From: Squalus acanthias
Lineage: Eukaryota
Assembly: GCA_030390025.1 (NCBI GenBank)
Contig: CM059432.1
Span: 33,544,001 to 33,608,000 of the forward strand
DNA: 64,000 nt
Direction: 5' to 3'
Both the position numbers and the translations under genes were made by a program. The notes below the pieces were generated by a model. The model was not told the origin of the DNA and searched no databases. It saw nothing but the letters and a program-made list of their open reading frames with translations. This document shows, piece after piece, positions 58,921-64,000 of the stretch (positions are counted from its first letter, which is position 1; the number at the start of each line of letters is the position of its first letter).

Positions 58921-59784
58921 TCGTGGTGCTGAGGTACAGGAGACAACAGCCATCCAGTACCTCACTCAATTGGCCGCAGGATATTCAACCATCACAACTA
59001 AGACCCAACTGAGACCAATCCTGCCCTCACCTGAAGTCCATATGCATGAACATTGCTGCAGCGATTAGTGGATCGGGATCAGGAGCAGAAACCCTGGCCA
59101 ATAGCTTTTCCTCTCCCTAGCCCAGAGGTGCTGCCAGTTAAGGGTCCTTACTCCATCCCAGCTGAGATCTGCTGACTATTCATATACTGGAGTTTGAACC
59201 AGGGACCTCCCTCTTCTGTATGGCTCAGTGGTGGATGCATTTACTCAATTGAGCCACCAAGGGAGCTGTTCCTGTTTTCTTGTTAATTCAGTATTTTTCT
59301 CTCTTACCTCTAACTGGGCTCCCTGTCTTAGTCTGCACCCTGTAAAGTGGGTTGGTTGTGAATTCAGTTTAGCAGACTGGCTGATATTTGAGAACAGGAA
59401 AAGCTATGTTGCTGAGATTCAATTATCTAACAATTTAATTTGATAATTCATATATGGAAGTGGATGATCCAAGTTTCATCTGCCTGGATCTGGATTAAAT
59501 CCAAATTCCCATTTATCATTGAATTAGTGTATTCGTTCAGATCTATTGTTTCCCTGTTATTCCCCTCACAGTGAGTCCGCTGGGTAATTTTTCTGATAGA
59601 AGGGAAATCGGAGACTGAGTCGAACTCTCCCACTCCCACCGGCAAACAGCTCTTAGTCAGCAATTAGCAACAACAACTTGCACTTATATAGCTTTTTTCA
59701 TTTAACAGTGCCAAAGCATTTTCCAAGGAGACCTGAAGACCTTAAGCTAGAGTGGGAGAGATATCAGGCAAAAGTGTGGGAGAG

Positions 59785-60065
59785 AAAGAAAGAAAGAATA
59801 AACTTGTATTTATATAACGCTTTTCACAACCTCAGGACATCCCAAAGCGCTTCACAGCCAATGAAGTACTTTCCAAAAGTAGTTACTGCTCTAATATAGG
59901 AAACAGGTGCAGTCAATTTGCGCACAGCAAGATTCCACACCAGCAATGAAATAGATGACCAAGATCATCTGTTTTAGGTATAGGTTGAGGGATAAATGTT
60001 TGAATACTGCTATGGGATCTTTAACGTTCACCTGAGAGGGTAGATGCGGCCTCAGCTTAACATTT
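59785..60065 (-). mobile_element. DeuSINE 3' half
   Basis: Tail and Deu domain. Confidence 0.8.
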
Positions 60066-60879
60066 TATTTTGGTCAAATCTCTTGATGCATCCTGTCGTG
60101 ACATCTTTCACTGAAACACGCTACCAGGGAGGGTGCCAGAGTCCTGAAAGTCACCATTTACGTAGCTCATGGTTCTCATTGTCTGGCAGATCCTTCAGGG
60201 AAAAAAAGTGACGTCAACTGAAGTTTTCAAGATTATGACCGGAGTTGACAAGGCTGGCACAGGCCATGCTCGCTATAGCAGAAGGTTAAAATACACGAGG
60301 GAAACAAGTTTAAAATTATAGTATAAAGCTGCAAGTAAGAAAGGAGGACCTTTCTCAGATAAAAGGGGTGATAGAGTTGTTCAAGAAGTTAGCTGGGAAG
60401 GCCACTGAGTCAGACGGTATAAATGGTTTCAAAGTGCAGTTAGCACAAGAACATAAGAATTGCTAGATGAAAAAAGACCAAGGTCCATCTAGAACGCCTT
60501 CTACCATCCTGGGAGTCGCATGTTTCTCCCTAGTATGCTACACTAACCACATGTCACGTCTCAAATTACTCATACACTGTATCACAAAATATTATTTTCT
60601 GAAAAAATTCTCTATCTAATTTGCATTTTAATGAATCAATACTAACTGTTTCCACCATCTCTCTAGCGAGTCTGTTACATAGATTTGCTACTCAAACATG
60701 AGGGGACCGGTAGGTGCACTGGATTAGACACTTGCCTTTTTTCTCTGATACTTCAATCAAAATTCAACCTCGACCAGAAGGATGAAAGTTCTTGGTCTCT
60801 GTTAGCTTTAGGATTCTACATGAAATTATTTTGGGTGGTCTCAATTCAGCTCCTAGGTGGCAAGGGCCAACAGCATAAA

Positions 60880-62690
60880 ACAATAATAACTTGTATTTAC
60901 ATAGTGCCTTTAACATAGTAAAACATCCCAAGGAGCTTCACAGGAATGTTATAAAAACAAAATTTGACACCGAGCCACATAAGGAGATATTAGGGCAGAT
61001 GACCAAAAGCTTGGTCAAAGAGGTCGGTTTTAAGCAGCATCTTAAAGGAAGAAAGAGAGGCGGAGAGCTTAGGGCCTCACCAATGGTGGCGCGATTGAAA
61101 TCGGGGATACTCAAGAGGCCAGAATTAGAAGAGCACAGATATCTCGGAGGATTGTGGGGCTGCAGGAGATTACAGAGATAGGGAGGGGCGAGGCCATGGA
61201 GGGATTTGAAAACAAGGATGAGAATTCTAAAATCAAGGCGTTACTTAACCGGGAGCCAATGTAGGTCAGCGAGCACAGGGGTGATTGAGTGAACGGGACT
61301 TGGTACAAGTTAGGACATGGGCAGCAAGTTTTGGAAGACCACAAGTTTACGGAGGGTAGAACGTGGGAGTCCAGCCAGGAGTGCGTTGGAATGGTCAAGT
61401 CTGGAGGTAACAAAAGCATGGATGAGGGTTTCAGCAGCAGATGAGCTGAGGCAGGGGCAGAGTTGGGCAATGTTCTGGAGGTGGAAATAGGTAGTCTCAG
61501 TGTTGGCGCGGATATGTGGTCGGAAGTTGATCACGGGGTCAAGGTTGCGAACAGTCTGGTTCAGCCTCAGATGGTTGCCAGGGAGAGGGCTGGAGTCAGT
61601 GGCTAGGGAATGAGTTTGTGGCGGGGACCGAAGACAATGGCTTCAGTCTTCCCAATACTTAGTTGGAGAAAATTTCTGCTCATCCAGTACTGGATGTCGG
61701 ACAAACAGTCAGACAATTTAGATGCAGTGGCGGGGTCGAGAGAAGTGGTGGTGAGATAGAGCTGGGTATTGTCAGTGTGCATGTGGAAACCAACGATGTG
61801 TTTTTGGATGATGTTGCCAAGGGAAGCATGTAGATGAGAAATAGGAGGGGGTCAAGGATAGATCCTTGGGGGACACCAGAGGTAACGATGCGGGAGCAGG
61901 GAAGAGAAGCCATTTCAGGGGATTCTCTGGCTATGATGAGATAGATATGAATGAAACCAGGCCCAGCCAGCTGGACGACGGTGGAGAGGCGTTGGTGGAG
62001 GATGGTGCGGTCAACCGTGTCAAAAGCTGCAGACAGGTCGAGAAGGACGAGGAGGGATAATTAACCACTGTCACAGTCAAGTAGGATTTAATTTGTGACT
62101 TTGATGAGAGCCGTTTCGGTACTGTGGGAGGGGTGGAAACCTGATTGGACGGATTCAAACATGGAGTTCCAAGAAAGATGGGCACGGATTTGGGAGGTGA
62201 CAGCACATTCAAGGACTTTGGAGAGGAAAGGGAGGTTGGAGATGGGGTGGTAGTTTGCAAGGACAGAGGGGTCAAGTGTTTCTTTTAAGGAGAGGGGTGA
62301 TGATGGCAGATTTGAAGGAGTGGGGGACAGTACCTGAGGAGAGAGAACCATTAACAATATTAGCTAACATGGGAGCCAGGAAGGGAAAATGGGTGGTCAG
62401 CAGTTTAGTGGCAATAGGATCGAGGGAGCCGGAAGTGGGTCTCATGGACAAGATGAGCTCAGAGAGGGCATGAGGGGAGATAGGAGAGCAACTAGAGAAA
62501 GATCTGAGTTCAGGGCTAGGCCAAGGGGGAACCTTAGAGGAAGTTTGGCCTGGTGGGCTAGGGGAAGGAAGGGAAGTGGCACAGGCAGTTGATCGGATGG
62601 TCTCAACCTTAGTGACAAAGAAGTCCATGAGCTCCTCGCACTTGTTGTTGGAGGTGAGGGTAGAGGAGACGGGGAGAGGGGCCCTTGTGC
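60880..62690 (-). mobile_element. L2 LINE 3' portion, decayed
   Basis: FFVTKVETIRS, LDPIATKLL, NYHPISNLPFLSKVLE, QSGF...HSTETAL, GVPQGSILDP, AETLIHAFVTSRLD; L2-type tail. Confidence 0.92.
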
Positions 62691-63544
62691 AATGAAATTA
62701 TGCCAAGCATGAAGGAGGTACGGTGTTAACAGGGTTGAGAATGCAATTAAAGTTACCATCTACTGTTTTATAAAGACACATTCTGGGCCAGTGTCACAAG
62801 GAGATTGTGACATATCAATGAGAATCAGGGTACTGCCCTGATGGTTTATATGAGAATGGATGCAAGACATATTGGACTTCCATAGTAACAGAAAATGGGA
62901 TTGTAAACCAATGTAACAGTATGAGAAGGCTGAGTTGTTTTCAGACTAAGATGCAATGGAATGCTATTCATATGCTTTAACCAAACCTTGACAGGTTTGG
63001 TAATTGAACACTCCTTCTAGGATTAGAGAGGTGAAAAGCTGGTCAGCCAATACAAACTGTGTTAGCTTTCGATAACAACATAATTTATTTTAAGAACAGG
63101 AAAAGACTAGAAACCCAACAAGCCCATCCCATTTTTATAGCTCAACGCCACCCACCCACCTTCTTACCCTATCCCTTCTCTACCTAAACACATCCAGTGG
63201 CCTCATTTATAGTTCTAAGAACTTCCCTGGTAACTTATTAATCAACTTTTTTTATCTGTCAGGTGAAAAGGTCTCATCTGACTTCCCTTCTGACTCTTAG
63301 CTTTCCCAATTCATGTCCCCTGGTATTTGACCCTTCACTATAGTAAATTATTTGCCTGGATTCATTTGGTCAGTTCCCTTCACAATCTCAAACGCCTTTC
63401 CTTAACCTATCCTCAAACCAACTTCCGTAACCTATCCTCAGAGCTCAAAAACCCTTATTTAGGATTATCTTTGCTGCCCCCTCTGTACCATCTCAGAGGT
63501 TATAATGTCCTTCTCTTGATTAAGTGACTAGTGCCTCATACTGT

Positions 63545-64000
63545 GGTGTCAGCCTTGGCTCAGTGGTGGCACTCTTGCCTCTGAATCAGATGTTGTGCGT
63601 TCAAGCCCCACTCCAGAGCCTTGAGCATATAATCCAGACTGACACTTCAGTGCAGTACTGAGGGAGCGCTACTGCACTGTTGGAGGTGCAGTCTTTCGGA
63701 TGAGACGTTAAATCGAGGCCTGGTCTTCCCTCTCAGATGGATGTAAAAGATCCCATGACACCATTCGAAGAAGAGCACCAAAGTTCTTCCCGGTATCTTG
63801 GCCAATACTTATCCCTCGACCAACAGTACTAAAACAGGTTATCTGACTATTAGCTCATTGCTGTTTGTGGGACCTTGCTGTGTGCAAATTGGCTGCTGCA
63901 TTTCCTACATGACAACAGTGACTACACTTCAAAAGGTACTTAATTGCCTGTAAAGTGCTTTGGAACATCCTGAAGTAATGAAAGGCGCACTATAAATGCA
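63545..64000 (+). mobile_element. DeuSINE, full length to the window edge
   Basis: Head, Deu domain, tail. Confidence 0.88.

Overview
This is a eukaryotic, repeat-dense, non-coding-looking window. The repeat content (HE1-type V-SINEs, DeuSINEs, an LF-SINE fragment, CR1 and L2 LINEs, Penelope-like fragments) points to a cartilaginous fish (shark/ray); that assignment is an inference. I found no host protein-coding exon I can support. The standout is an apparently complete PIF/Harbinger DNA transposon at 27191-31396. It has imperfect TIRs, a TAT target-site duplication, an uninterrupted 386-aa DDE transposase (+), and a convergent three-exon Myb/SANT partner gene (-, 459 aa) reconstructed here from GT-AG splice sites. 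Three decayed Harbinger relics and several Harbinger-like MITEs occur in the same window. Also present: a young 5'-truncated CR1 with an open 799-codon ORF2, HE1 SINEs sharing its 3' tail, two Penelope-like inverted-repeat inserts with hammerhead-ribozyme cores, an RTE-derived short element, a CR1 with a 79-bp flanking duplication, multi-level nested insertions and several minisatellites. Family names come from motif recognition, not database searches. Boundaries of old repeats are approximate.
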